The notes below the pieces were generated by a model that was not told the DNA's origin, ran no database searches, and was given only the letters and a program-made list of their open reading frames with translations. From the human T2T-CHM13v2.0 reference genome, Homo sapiens, in the NCBI RefSeq assembly GCF_009914755.1, contig NC_060929.1: a stretch of 64,000 bases of DNA; one strand, 5' to 3'. Position numbers and translations under genes: made by a program. Shown here one piece after another: positions 49,571-63,283 of this stretch. The first letter of the stretch is position 1, and each line of letters begins with the position of its first letter.

Positions 49571-52500
49571 CTTAGCTTATGTCTGCTGCAGCCTGGAAAA
49601 GTGGCATGTCCCCTTCAAGAGTTCTCTTCTCCATGCTAAATATGCCCAGGTGTGTCAACTGCGGCCTGTGTGGCAATGTTAAAACTCCTGGCTCTACTTC
49701 TGTGCCAGCCTCAGAAGACATTTGCTCTGGGAAGAAATGGGGGGCAACACTAGCTTTGTTGTTTAGGGAAGATGGGTCCCATGAGGAGGGGTAGACAACA
49801 CACGGGAGGTGCTTTCTGTTTAATTTACTCACTCTTCCACTCACTTATTCCACACATTTTTATCAAACAATTTCTATCATCCAGGCCCTCATATGGCCCT
49901 GAATGGGGATCAAAGAGTAAGAAAGAGCCTCACGGTCCCTGCATGGAGCTCCCTAACCACTCACACTGGGTACAGGTGCCAGCATTTGAATCATTCCAGT
50001 GCAACACAGCCCATTTCCCAGCCTTGTACCTCCTTTGGGTCAGGGAACTGCAGCTCCTTGGGAAAAGCTGTGGTCATCCATTTAATGCAGATGTGGCCAG
50101 GAGCAACTCGCCCTGGGGAGAGGGAGAGGGAAGTGGCAGAAGCCAGTGACACAGAGGAAAGGGGTGTGTGTGGCCAGGCATCAGAGCCCATGTGCTTCAG
50201 GCCTCTCTCCCTTTGTGTGTTCCTGGAGTTCTCTAAAGCTTAGTTTCTTCATCTACCCATTCTGTGTTGTCTGAACTAAACTTCCACCACTAAAAACCCA
50301 TTTATATTACTCCCAGCACACACACACTTTGATAGCGTGTCTTTCCAAATCATGTATGAAAAAACAGTCAATTGATTTTCCCATGAAATCAGCAGTATTA
50401 AACTAGAGTTGATATCTTTCAGTCAGACACTGAGAAGTGAATGCTTTGGCCTGGCACAGCCAGCCAGGCTGTATCCAGCTGAAGGGAAGACATCAAGAAT
50501 TGAAGAAAGCTGATGGCACCCAGTACTATTGGTGCAGCCTTCCAGGCACACCTGATATTTCTTCAAAGTGGTATGTGAGCTACTGGGTATTCCTAGAGAT
50601 GATTCAGGTGGTATATCAGTTTTATAGGTGTGCATTTATTCTAATATGTGGTAATAAAAAATTGCAACTAGCCCATCAAACCTAAGGGATAATTTTCATT
50701 TATAATAAACAAAATGAATTTTGTTCTGGGAGTAAATAAACACCAGTCCAGGTGATATGCGGCCACAGGGGCACTGTCAGGGCCAAGTACAAATGACCGG
50801 CATCTAGGGAACCCTGGCTGTTACCCCCAAGGACACTTCACCCCTACATGCTGTGATGCTGTAGGATTCCACTTTCTTCCTCAGGAGAGCCACACACATA
50901 CCCACTCCAGTGACTCTTAGTTTCTACAATAAACAGGGCTCCTAGACATGCTTGGAGAATGGTGCTCAGAACAGCCTCTCTGGTTCTCCAGCCACTCGAC
51001 TTCTATGTGCTGGATTGATCAGCTTCACATGAGCATGAGTTTCTCATCCTTATGAGTTGCCGTCAAGTGTCAGACTACAGACTAAAACATGACAGTGGTC
51101 AGGAACGTTTGGTCTTGAGACTTAAAAACTAATGATACTGTTTTCACTAACAATCAAACACAAGGCTGTTTCACTCAAAACCCACTGATTGTTGCCGTGA
51201 TGTGACCCCTGAGCCTCCTCTGGGTGACGCATTACCATGCCTGCTTTAAAGACCTTTTTTCAGAATTTTTCCTGGCAAGAATTTGACAGTGAAAAAGTAC
51301 AAAATAAGCCTGGAGTCTTGACGCTGGAGATAAAAGAAACACACGAGGTCTGTCTGGGGCACATCCACAGGCCCATTGCCAGCTCAGCGCATGCTCAGGC
51401 TCTGAGCAGGGAACCATGTTGTGCTCTCTTGATTGATTTGCACTGGCTCTATCCCTCTGAAGCATATTTTTACAGGGAGGAAATTGGTAACTTTATATCT
51501 CTTATGGATGAGATATTTTCTATCTATAATAGTTTGGAAATACTTTTTAACAACTCAGATGATGAGGTGAAAAAACAAATCTTTCTTTTGGCCTTAGAGT
51601 TCCCCAAGAGACTGGAAATGAATAAGGGCCTCACAGCAAGTCCAGGAGAGCAACGCCACAATTTCATGTGTCCAGAGGGATTGTGCTACCTCATTATCAT
51701 ATGCACCTCTCCGGGAGGCAGGCGTGGTGGGCAGAGGGGATGCTCAAGGTTGGTCATCTGGAACTTGGCCTCAGCCTGGGGAATAAGAAGAGGGAGATTC
51801 GCATTGCACAAAGGCAAAGGCATTGCTAATGGCTTGTTGACAAATTGACATCTGCTTATTTATTGCAAAGCAAAATGTGCTAAAGTTTGAGAAAAATAGA
51901 ACTGGTAACAGGAAAGCCATCTGGCTCAGTTCTCTGAAAGATGTGGAATACTTTTTACCCTTCCAGTACTTAATGTCATTCTGGAAACTTCTTCCACCAT
52001 CTTTTTTCCTCTAACCTCCATGCTTCTAGGATTTGCTTTCAGCTTCCTAAATTCTAAGCTCCCTGAAGCAGCTCCGGCTTTCAGTGTCTGTTGGCCTAAT
52101 GTGATCAGCCCTTGGGCTCACAGCTCCTGTTTTGCCACATCCCTCTGGGCGCCTGGACGCCCAGGAGAGGAGGAGAGCAGCACAGCTCACAGTGGGAATG
52201 AATAGTCTGTAAGTCCTGGGAGACAGAGAACCAAGGATTTGGAGGAGGAGGTGGCCGATGCACTTTTTCTTGGGAACCTTTCCTTTCATTTACATCACTG
52301 TTGGAATTTTTTGGGACATATTTGCCTTATGAAGGCACTTTACAGCTTTTTAATGCTAGTCATAATAATAACAGTTACTGGAATATTTTACACCAGTGCA
52401 GCTTGAGTTAAATTTCAAGGACCTATCCTATCCATTGTTTCACTGGTCCAAAACAATTCCAGCACAGACACTTTCAAGGACCTCACTTGTTTGGGAATCT

Positions 52501-54065
52501 ACAAGGAGGTGGTATGAACTGATGGAGTCCACAAGAATTAGCCTCCCTTCTGGCCACAAGTGAAGCCGTGTCTTCAGATGGGTGGCACACAGATGACGAA
52601 GGGATGTTGGGAAGATGATTGGGAGGGGGCCTTAAAGGTTTACAGGAAAATACTGACAGTGAAAGGGGACACTCTTCATAGTCAAGCTGGGACAACAGGA
52701 CTATCCCGGAAGTATGGTCACCGGTTCGAAGTCACAGGAACCCTGCTCGACTTTGCTTCCCTGCCTGTCTCAAAGTCTTTTTTCTGCAACAGATTTATTT
52801 TGTGATGTTGGGATTATATAAATTGAGATTTATTTAGGTGCATGCAATACACTTGGGATAAGAGGTGCAGCCTTCCAGAAAATTCATCTAAAAAGGCATC
52901 TGGGGAAAAGAAATGTATTGCTCATTGAAACTGAACTATATGAAAAGATATTGGCAATGTAATTCAGAGCCAGAAATGTAATGCTGTTGAAATACAGAAA
53001 TATTTCACTATAAACTGCTTCTATTTCAATATCTAGTCAGCCCAAGGGCAGCCATCTTGGGCTACTTTGTTCATTATTGATTATAAGGCAAAGGGCTGCT
53101 CAGAGGACTTGGCACACCTTGCTGGTTGAAGGTAGGGGCAGAGGGGGCAAAGCGGGTGAGGAGGTGGGCTAGCACAGGAGAAAGATAGCTTGCTGTTGGG
53201 GGTAGGGGTGGGAGCGCTATGAGCAAGTGACACAGTGTCCCAAGCATCAGTGTCTTATCTGCATGTGGCAGGGGTCACAGATGGTCACACTGCATCTCCT
53301 GTAGGATTTGGGCATCAGTTCTAGTTCAAACTGGGCCCCTAAAAGACTCAGGCAAATGTAGGGATAATTAGAGCACTGGTGGGGCAGGACTGGTGGGGCA
53401 ACCCTAGTGGGGCTCTAGTCAGATGATTAAGGAGTCATGAGTTGGTGCCAGAGGATGGAGTGATTTCAGGTTCCACAAGTCTGTCATTCAAATGGTCTCC
53501 AATTAGTAGAGCCCACTCAGAGGGGCCAACTTAGATGCCCATTTCCTTTTATGAATACCAACCCCATGGCAGTGTGGAAGATGGATTTGAAGGGTAAGGG
53601 AGCCAGAGGAAGGGACACCAGTGTTACTTCTTCCTATCTCCTTTGCTGGGCTCCAGGTTGGCTCTGGGCATGGCTGTGACTTCTATTTTTTTCATTAAAC
53701 CAATAACTAAAACCATTTGATATGAGTCAAGAATTTTCTAGGTGCAGGGGATAGAAAAAATTGAGACAAAATTCACATCATCAAGGAACTTTCAGTGTTG
53801 AGAGTGGCAAAAATGAATCAACCATGATTACCAAGTATGAGAAATATCAGAGCAGGGCAAAGAACTTTGGGACTTTGCTGAGGGGCAATAGATCAGAAGG
53901 TTTCAAAAAGACTTAATGTGTGCTCCTGACCTGAGATTTGAAGTATGGGTGGGAGGTAGTAAAGGAAGAATGAAGAGCAGCCCCAGTAAAAAGAATACCA
54001 TATCCAGTGGCAGAGAAGCCAGGCACACAGGGTAGCTGGAAGGGGTTCCATAGATCTGGTGAGGG

Positions 54066-54333
54066 CCTTTGTGAAGGGGAGGCAATGAGACTAGAGGGAA
54101 GATGCTGGAGAGATCACACACAAAGGGCTTTGCATGCTAATATGAAATGTGTGGATGGATAGAAAGTCCATCTGTATTAGTATCAGGCTGAGTTCTCTCC
54201 CCTTTGTGAAGGGGAGGCAATGAGACTAGAGGGAAGATGCTGGAGAGATCACACACAAAGGGCTTTGCATGCTAATATGAAATGTGTGGACGGATAGAAA
54301 GTCCATCTGTATTAGTATCAGGCTGAGTTCTCT
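54066..54333. repeat. 133-bp tandem duplication (period 135)
   Basis: 54066-54198 versus 54201-54333; one mismatch (T54156 / C54291); CC spacer. Confidence 0.95.
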
Positions 54334-54864
54334 AAAGAAATGGAACCAATGGGGGTAGGGGAAGCAGCGGGGAGAGGAAAGGGGAGAGGGGGAGAAGGAG
54401 AGAGGGTGAAAGATTATCAATCTATTTATCTAGAGAGATTTACTGTAAGGTATTGGTTCATATGATTATGGAGGCTGAGAAGTCCAAGATCAACAATTGG
54501 CAAGCTGGAGACCCAGGAGAGCCACTGGTATAGTTTCAGGCTATGTCCAAAGGCCTGAGAACCAGGAGAGCTAATGGTATAAGTTCTAGTTCGAGTCCAA
54601 GTCTAAAGGCAGTAAAAGATTGATATTGCAGCTCAAAGATAGGCAGAAATAATTCTCCCTTACTCAGGGCTTCCATTCAGGCCTTTAACAGCTTGGATGA
54701 GGCCCACCCACAATGGGGAGGACAGTCTGCTTTACTCAGTCTACCAATTCAAATGTTACTCTCTTCCAGAAACACCTTCACAGACTCATCCAGAAGTAAT
54801 GTGTAATTAAATATCTGGGCAACCTGTAACCCACTCAAGCTGACACATACTATTAATCATCACA
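54308..54864 (-). mobile_element. MLT2 (ERVL) solo LTR
   Basis: tgtattag...gagagatttac...attatggaggctgagaagtcc...ctcaagctgacaca...atcaca; TSD CCATC / CCAAC. Confidence 0.85.
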
Positions 54865-56708
54865 CCAACAAACTTTGAAGAATTTGAAGCGGTGCTGGAC
54901 AGGACCACATTTTTTTGGGGGGGAAGAAACAGAGCATTTAGCACCCAACTCTTAAAGTATGACTGTGCAGACAGAGAGGAAGACATGACTTCAAGGCACA
55001 TCTGAAGGGTAAATCTTCAGGATTAAGTATGGGAAAAAGCGAAATGAGGGCATGGAAGATGATGCTGATGTCCCTTGTCTCAAGACTGGCAGGGCTGTGG
55101 GCATCACTAAGATGGGTATGAGGGCAAGCGAGGAACAGGTGTGGGAAAAAGCAATGAGTCCAATCTGGGGCATCCAAATGGGAATGATCAGGAGGCAGTT
55201 GGGTATATGGGTCTGCAGTTGGGAATGGAAATGTAAATTTGGGATTTATCTGCTTCCTGAGGGTAAGGGTAGCTATGAATTTGGATAAGTTTGGATGAGA
55301 GTCTCCAGAGAGCAAGGGTGTGGTGTGAGAAGAGCAGGAGGCAGAGGGTGAAGTACTAAGCCTTATGGATGCTTAAGGTGAGAAAGAAAAGAGAACCCAT
55401 GAAAGAAAATGAAAAGGAGGTAAACTGAGAGACATGTCACAATGTCCAGGGGACAAATCAAGAAGTATGTTCGTCAAATGTCACTAAGAAGTAGGATTAC
55501 CACATAAAATGTTGATTGTATTAGGCAATATAGAGATAAGTTTTTGTGGTAGACCCAGGTAAAGGAGACTTATAAGACTGCAGTGAGCTGGAGAATGAAT
55601 GGGAGGTAGGAAATGACATTAAGAGACTTATCTTTCAAGAAGCTTGCTAGTAAGAAGACAGGAAGGATGGTAGCTGGAGGGAGGAAATGTTTGTTTTTAA
55701 TTGGGAGAGACTTGATGATGTTTAGCATGATGGTGGGGGAAAGCCAGACAGGAGTGACTATCAATGGACCAAGTCCATGAAGAGATGAGAAATGATGGAA
55801 CCAAAGGCCGAGAGAAGGGACTAGCCTTGTAAAGGAGGAGGGACCAGAACTCTCCTGAGACTGAAGGGCAGGTGCAAAGAGTATATGCCAAGTCCAGAGC
55901 TATGAGAGTCTAAGATTCTGTTCTATATGCAAGTTAACAAGACAGCTTGCCACATTTCGTAAATATTGGCAGAAAACACAGGCTTCTGGGTTGAAGGCAA
56001 AAAACAGATGATTACTCTCAGCAACAGTAGGAGGCAGAGTAACATCTGGCACCAGTTCCCCAAATCCCAATTCTTACAGGGCAACATGATCAGGGCTAAG
56101 TGTTGCCAGCAGATGTGGAGGGTTGCACTGTGGGGAAGGAGCCTGAGACTAGGAAGAGCTGATCTCCTATAAGGGTTTCCGGAAAGAGAAAGTCACCCAT
56201 CTTCCTTTCCAGAAAGAGATATCTTTGTTACCCAGAAATATAAGCAAATCTGCCCTGAGGAGGCAAGGGAGATGTCTCTATTTTTACTAATTTGTAATGT
56301 AAGAGACATTTCTATCTTTCCAAGGCCCTTGCTTATCCTAACATTCTCGGGAAGACAGTCTAAATCTAACTGGCTGTTGGTGCTTAGACATCTAATGACT
56401 TGAGGGATTCGTGGAGAATCATTCCTCATATGTATGCCAACACGGATGAACTTGTGGCTGGCTGAGAAAATAGCTAAGAATGTTATTATCCGATGGCCTC
56501 CATTTTTCTTTTCAGTAAAGTACCAAGTAAGGTTATCTGAGAAGAAAGGGTGCTGCAGTTGGAGAGGAGGCTTTTAAAAAAGCAATTGAGAATAGAAAAA
56601 TAACCGAGGAAAATGTGAGGGGTCATTGGCTGAGACCCATGGAAAGCTTGTCTAGCACCAAGGGCTAGTCAAGGTTGGTGACTATGACCCATATAAAAAG
56701 TGATGCCC

Positions 56709-56865
56709 TGCTGCGCATGGTGGTCTGCCTGTAATCCTAGCTACTTGGGAGACTGAGGTGGGAGGATTGCTTGAGTTTGAGGATGCAGTGAGCTAGGACT
56801 GTGCTACTGCACTCCAGCCTGGGCAACAGAGCAAGACCTTGTCTGTCTCTCTATATAAACATAAA
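56709..56865 (+). mobile_element. FRAM/AluJ-type monomer
   Basis: cctgtaatcctagctacttgggagactgaggtgggaggattgcttgag...cagcctgggcaacagagcaagacc. Confidence 0.8.
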
Positions 56866-57221
56866 TAAGGTTTCCTAACCAGTGCTCAGTAGTGGGAAGC
56901 AGCAGAGACATCAAGCTGAAGGTGAATAGAGGGGCTGGGGGTACTGGAGGGCAGTCACAAGGGAAACTATGAGGGTTGAGGGCAAGACAGTTTAGGACAA
57001 AAGCCAGGGGCACTGAAGTGATAGACCGTGAGATCCAGGCAGTGCTTCCTAACCTTTTGCACCTAGCGGCACACCAGGTAAATGGACTGCTGGCAGTTGG
57101 AAGCAACTGACCTAGGGGCTCCAGCTGCCCCAGGAGACTGAAGGAATTTGTATTGCTATAAATCTGTAGCTCTTTCAAAATATCTTGGAAGGAAAGCTTA
57201 GAGCTAGGACAAGATGACATC

Positions 57222-59120
<1,899 letters not shown>

Positions 59121-60800
59121 CTTAACAAATGTTGGTTGTATTCCAAGTGTGGAAGGAGCTATAAGAAGCCTTTAAGTGCGGATATGTCTCTGTTTTATAT
59201 ATTTCATGGCTGCTGTGTGGAGAACATATACTTCAGTGGTAGAGGAGCACAGAGTTCATTCAGAAAGCTTCTTCAGGTGGGACCTGATGTGGCTCAGGTC
59301 AAGAGGGTAGCAGTGGACGTGCAGAGGAGGCCAGAACTGGCATAGGTTTTGAAGATGTGGCTGACAGGACTGAATGACTGGTCTCTAATAATTTCAGAGG
59401 CTGCAGCTCAACCCTTTCTACATATCCAGAGCTCCTTGAGGTCATGGACTCTCTTCTCCTCCCCAACAGTTGCTCACTCAGTAGCAAGCAGAGTGTTCCA
59501 GGGGGGTTCTGTAGGCACAAGGAGACCCAAAGCTCCTTTGCTGATGGATCTTTGACTTTTAAAATAATGGCTATCATCTCAACCTTCATTCAAAAAGTCA
59601 AATCTGTTCAGAAGTCTGGTGCTCCCACTGACAGAACCATATATGTGCATCTATAACTTTCTCCCAAAAAATCTTTGAGAGTTCCAATAGAGGACAGAGC
59701 CATTGTTCTGATCCCAACCACACCTTGTCCTTGCAAGCCCTGCTCTTGTCTCCTTGGTGGGTGACAAGAGCTCACACCTCCTGTCCCTGCAGCAGTGCCA
59801 AGGTGGTGTGGAAATACTGTTCACACCCTGGGAACTTTGTGTGTTCAGGAGCTGGCTCACAAAAATGTCTGGGGTGGCGAGGGGCACAGAGGTCCTAGAG
59901 GGGAGCGACAGGGAGGGCAGGGGTCAGGGAAGGCTGACAACCACTGAAGGCTCAGCTGCTGGGCATAGCTTTCCTCTCAAAATTGAATTCCCCTAGGTCA
60001 TGGTGCCCTAAAGTCTACCTGTCAGGTATGATGGAGTACTCCCATTCCTAGCCTGTCTGCTTGCCACCTCTGGCCTGGGTCAGACGTGGCACAGCAAGTG
60101 TCCTTGCTCTGAGACCTGAGTTCTCGCAGGAGCCTGGTTGCCTGTGAGAGCAGGTGGTGGGAGCAGGTGGTGGGTGCAGGTGAGCCCCAGCCCCAGGGGG
60201 CAGCACTAGAAATGCCCAGGCTTGGGAGACTTTAGTCTTAATGCAGCCTCAACTCACTGGATGACCTTGGTGTGTCCCAGCACCTGTTTCCAGGGGACAA
60301 GGAGTAGGAGGAGCAAGGACCAATCTACTGTGGGTTCTCCCCCTTTATGAAAAAGTAGCTGATGCCTTCTGGAGACCTATGGCATTGCCTTCATGGCACT
60401 GGCTGGCAGAGTTTGGATATCTGTCCTCCACCCAAATATCATATTGAATTGTAATTCCCGACTTGTTTTGATTTTACAGGCTTATAGGTGTAAGGAACTC
60501 ATCTCCAGATGTGGCTTGGGATTGAGGTAATGCTGGAACGAGTTAAGACTTTTGGGGTTATTGGGAAGGCATGATTGCATTTTGCAATGTGAGAAGGATA
60601 TGAGATCTGGGAGGTCCAGGAGCAGAATGATATAGGTTAGATATTTGTCCCCACCCAAATCTCATGTTGAGTTGTAATCCTCAATGCTGGAGGTGGGGCC
60701 TGGTGGGAGGTGTTTGGGTCATGGGGGCGGATCCCTCATGGTTTGATGCTGGCTTCACAATAGGGAAGATCTGGTCTTTAAAAAGTGTGTGGCATCTCTC

Positions 60801-61460
60801 AAAAAAAAAAAAAAATGAGATAATGGGCATTCACAGCAACCTGGATGGAAATGGAGACGATTTTTCCAAGTGAAGTAATTCAGGAATGGAACACCAAACA
60901 TTGTATGTCCACACTCATATGTGGGAGCTAAGCTATGAGGATGCAAAGGCATAAGAATGTTACACTGGACTTTGGGGAGTTGGGGGAATGGGGTGGGGGG
61001 GGATGAGGGATAAGACTACACAATGGGGCCGGGTGCGGTGGTTCACGCCTGTAATCCCAGCACTTTGGGAGGCCGAGGCGGGCAGATCACGAGGTCAGGA
61101 GATTGAGACCATCCTGGCTAACACGGTGAAACCTCATCTCTACTAAAAATACAAAAAATTAGCCGGGCGGGGTGGCGGGCACCTGTAGTCCCAGCTACTC
61201 GGGAGGCTGAGGCAGGAGAATGGCGTGAACCTCGGGGGGCGGAGCCTGCAGTGAGCCGAGATCGCGCCACTGCACTCCAACCTGGGCGACAGCGAGACTC
61301 CATCTCAAAAAAACAACAACAAAAAAAGACTACACATTGGGTACAGTGTACACTCCTTGGGTGATGGGTGCACCAAAATATCAGAAATCACCACTAAAGA
61401 GCTTATTTCATGTAAGCAAACACTACCTGTTGCCCAAAAAACTATTGAAATAAACATTTG
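60801..61460 (+). mobile_element. L1PB/old L1PA-type 3' end inserted in the MST LTR
   Basis: cacagcaacctggatggaa...gggagctaagctatgaggatgcaaaggcataag...tcagaaatcaccactaaaga; duplicated flank TTTAAAAAGT(G/A)TGTGGCA(T/C)CTCTC at 60777-60800 and 61461-61484. Confidence 0.85.
61027..61325 (+). mobile_element. AluY inserted in the L1 fragment
   Basis: Y diagnostics; TSD AAGACTACACA(A/T)TGG at 61012-61026 and 61326-61340. Confidence 0.93.
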
Positions 61461-61829
61461 TTTAAAAAGTATGTGGCACCTCTCTCTCCCAACTCTCTCT
61501 TGCTCCTGCTTTCACCATGATCACCATGACCATGCCTGCTCCCACTTTGTCTTCCGCCATGAGTAAAAGCTCCCTGAGGCTTCCCCAGAAGCCGAACGGG
61601 GTCAGTGCCATGCTTGTACTGCCTGCATAACCATGAACCAATCAAACCTCTTTTATTTATAAATTACCCAGTCTCAGCTATTTCTTTATAGCAATGCAAA
61701 GACAGCCTAACATACTGGCCGTGGCCTGGAATGACCTTATTCCTTTGTATGCTTGTTTATAGTCTGTCTCCACAGTTGGAATGCAAAACCCACCTCATCT
61801 GCTTTGTTCACCATTGTCCTCTAAAATAG

Positions 61830-62411
61830 CGTGGTAGACAGAATTCTAAGGTGGTCCTCCCAGATACCCAGCACCCAATGCACACATACCACCTCCCAGT
61901 TATTCAAGCAAACACCCATCTGGGTGCTGCTGTGAAGGAATTTTGCAGATTTAATAAAGGTCCCAAACTAATTGACCCTAAAACAGGGGCCTGACCTAAT
62001 TGCAGGAGCCCTTTAGGACAGAGAGCTTTCTCCAGCTGGTTGCAGATGAAGAAGAAGAGGGTCAAAGCTTGAAAATGAAGGCAGCCACAGGGCAAGGCAT
62101 GGGAGCAGCTTCTAGGCTCTGAGAGTGACTTCTGGATGGTGGCCAGCAAGGAAATGGGGACCTCAGTCCTACAACCACAAGGATCTGAATTGTGCCAATG
62201 AGTGTGGAAGCATATTCTTTCCCAGAGCCTCCAGACAAAAGACTCATCCCAGTTGCTCAACAACTTGATTTAAGCCTTGTGACACCCTGAGCAGAGAACC
62301 CAGGCACACCGTGCTAGACATCAGATCAACAGAACTGTGAACTGGCAAAAGAGTGTTGTTTTCAGCTGTTAAAGTGTGGTCAACCTTATGTGGCAATAGA
62401 AAACTATTACA
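61830..62411 (+). mobile_element. MLT1E/F-like MaLR solo LTR
   Basis: gtggtagacagaattctaag...gccagcaaggaaatggggacctcagtcctacaaccacaagga...gcaatagaaaacta. Confidence 0.85.
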
Positions 62412-62918
62412 ACTGGTCATTCCAGTATCCGGCATTTACAAGGGACTCATTATATATTGCTTGAATTACAGGAATTATCAAATGACTTGGAATGTTTGTG
62501 TCTTGTTTGATATTGCCTGTAAATAGGAACAATAACCCTTTCTGAATGACAATGTTAGGATTAAATGAGATAATATATTGTAGCGTGTATAAAATTTAGT
62601 CCACAGACAATTTTTATTTCAAGCCCTCATTTTGCCAGTTTGCAGAAACTTAAACTCAGCCAGTTTTGGGGGAGGCGGGTAGGAGTGGTTATGGAGAAGC
62701 ACCTTTGTGTTGGGGTAGACACAGGAGCACGTGGCCCTCCCCTGCCACATTGGTGCCTGCTGCGCCATACATTACCTGGCTGTGCCTGCTGGCCAGGCCA
62801 CACTGGAATGTTACCACGTTCCTCTTGTTCCTGTCGGAAAGGCACCTGCAGGCCTAGAGATGTGGGTACTACATGTCCTTCACAGCCTACTCCCCCTGTG
62901 CACCCCTAGCTCATCCTC

Positions 62919-63283
62919 TGATATGGTTTGGCTGTGTCCCCACCCCAAATCTTATATTGAATTATAGTTCCTATAATCCCTACATGTGGTGGGAAGGAGC
63001 TGGTGGGAGGTAATGTAATCATGGGAGCATTTACCCTCATGCTGTTCTCGTGATAGTGAGTTCTCATGAGATCTGATGGTTTTATAAGGGGCTTTTCCTC
63101 CTTTTGCTTGGCACTTCTTGCTGCCACCGTGTGAAGAAAGACCTGTTTGCTTCCACTTCCACCATGATGTAACTTTCCTGAGGCCTCCCAAGCCATTCTG
63201 AACTGTGAGTCAATTCAACTTCTTTCCTTTATAAATTACCCAGTCTTAGGTATGTCTTAATAGTGTGAGAACAGACTAATACA
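62919..63283 (+). mobile_element. THE1 (C-like) MaLR solo LTR
   Basis: tgatatggtttggctgtgtccccacc...gagatctgatggttttataagg...aattacccagtct...gaacagactaataca. Confidence 0.92.

Larger units (their letters stand above)
53690..55800 (-). mobile_element. L2 LINE fragments, interrupted by MLT2
   Basis: L2 3' end near 53690-53800 and purine-rich L2 body text (aggcagttgggtatatgggtctg, ctttcaagaagcttgct). Confidence 0.65.
60404..61714 (+). mobile_element. Internally deleted MST (MaLR) provirus: 5' LTR stub, internal 3' end, and 3' LTR split by L1 and Alu
   Basis: LTR start at 60404 and again at 60629 (tgatataggttagatatttgtccccacccaaatctcatgttg); LTR end at 61714; exact 5-bp TSD CTGGC at 60399-60403 and 61715-61719. 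Confidence 0.8.

Noticed and set aside
50760-50778. GGCCACAGGGGCACTG as a CTCF site
   Set aside because: The spacing does not fit the CCASYAGRKGGC core.
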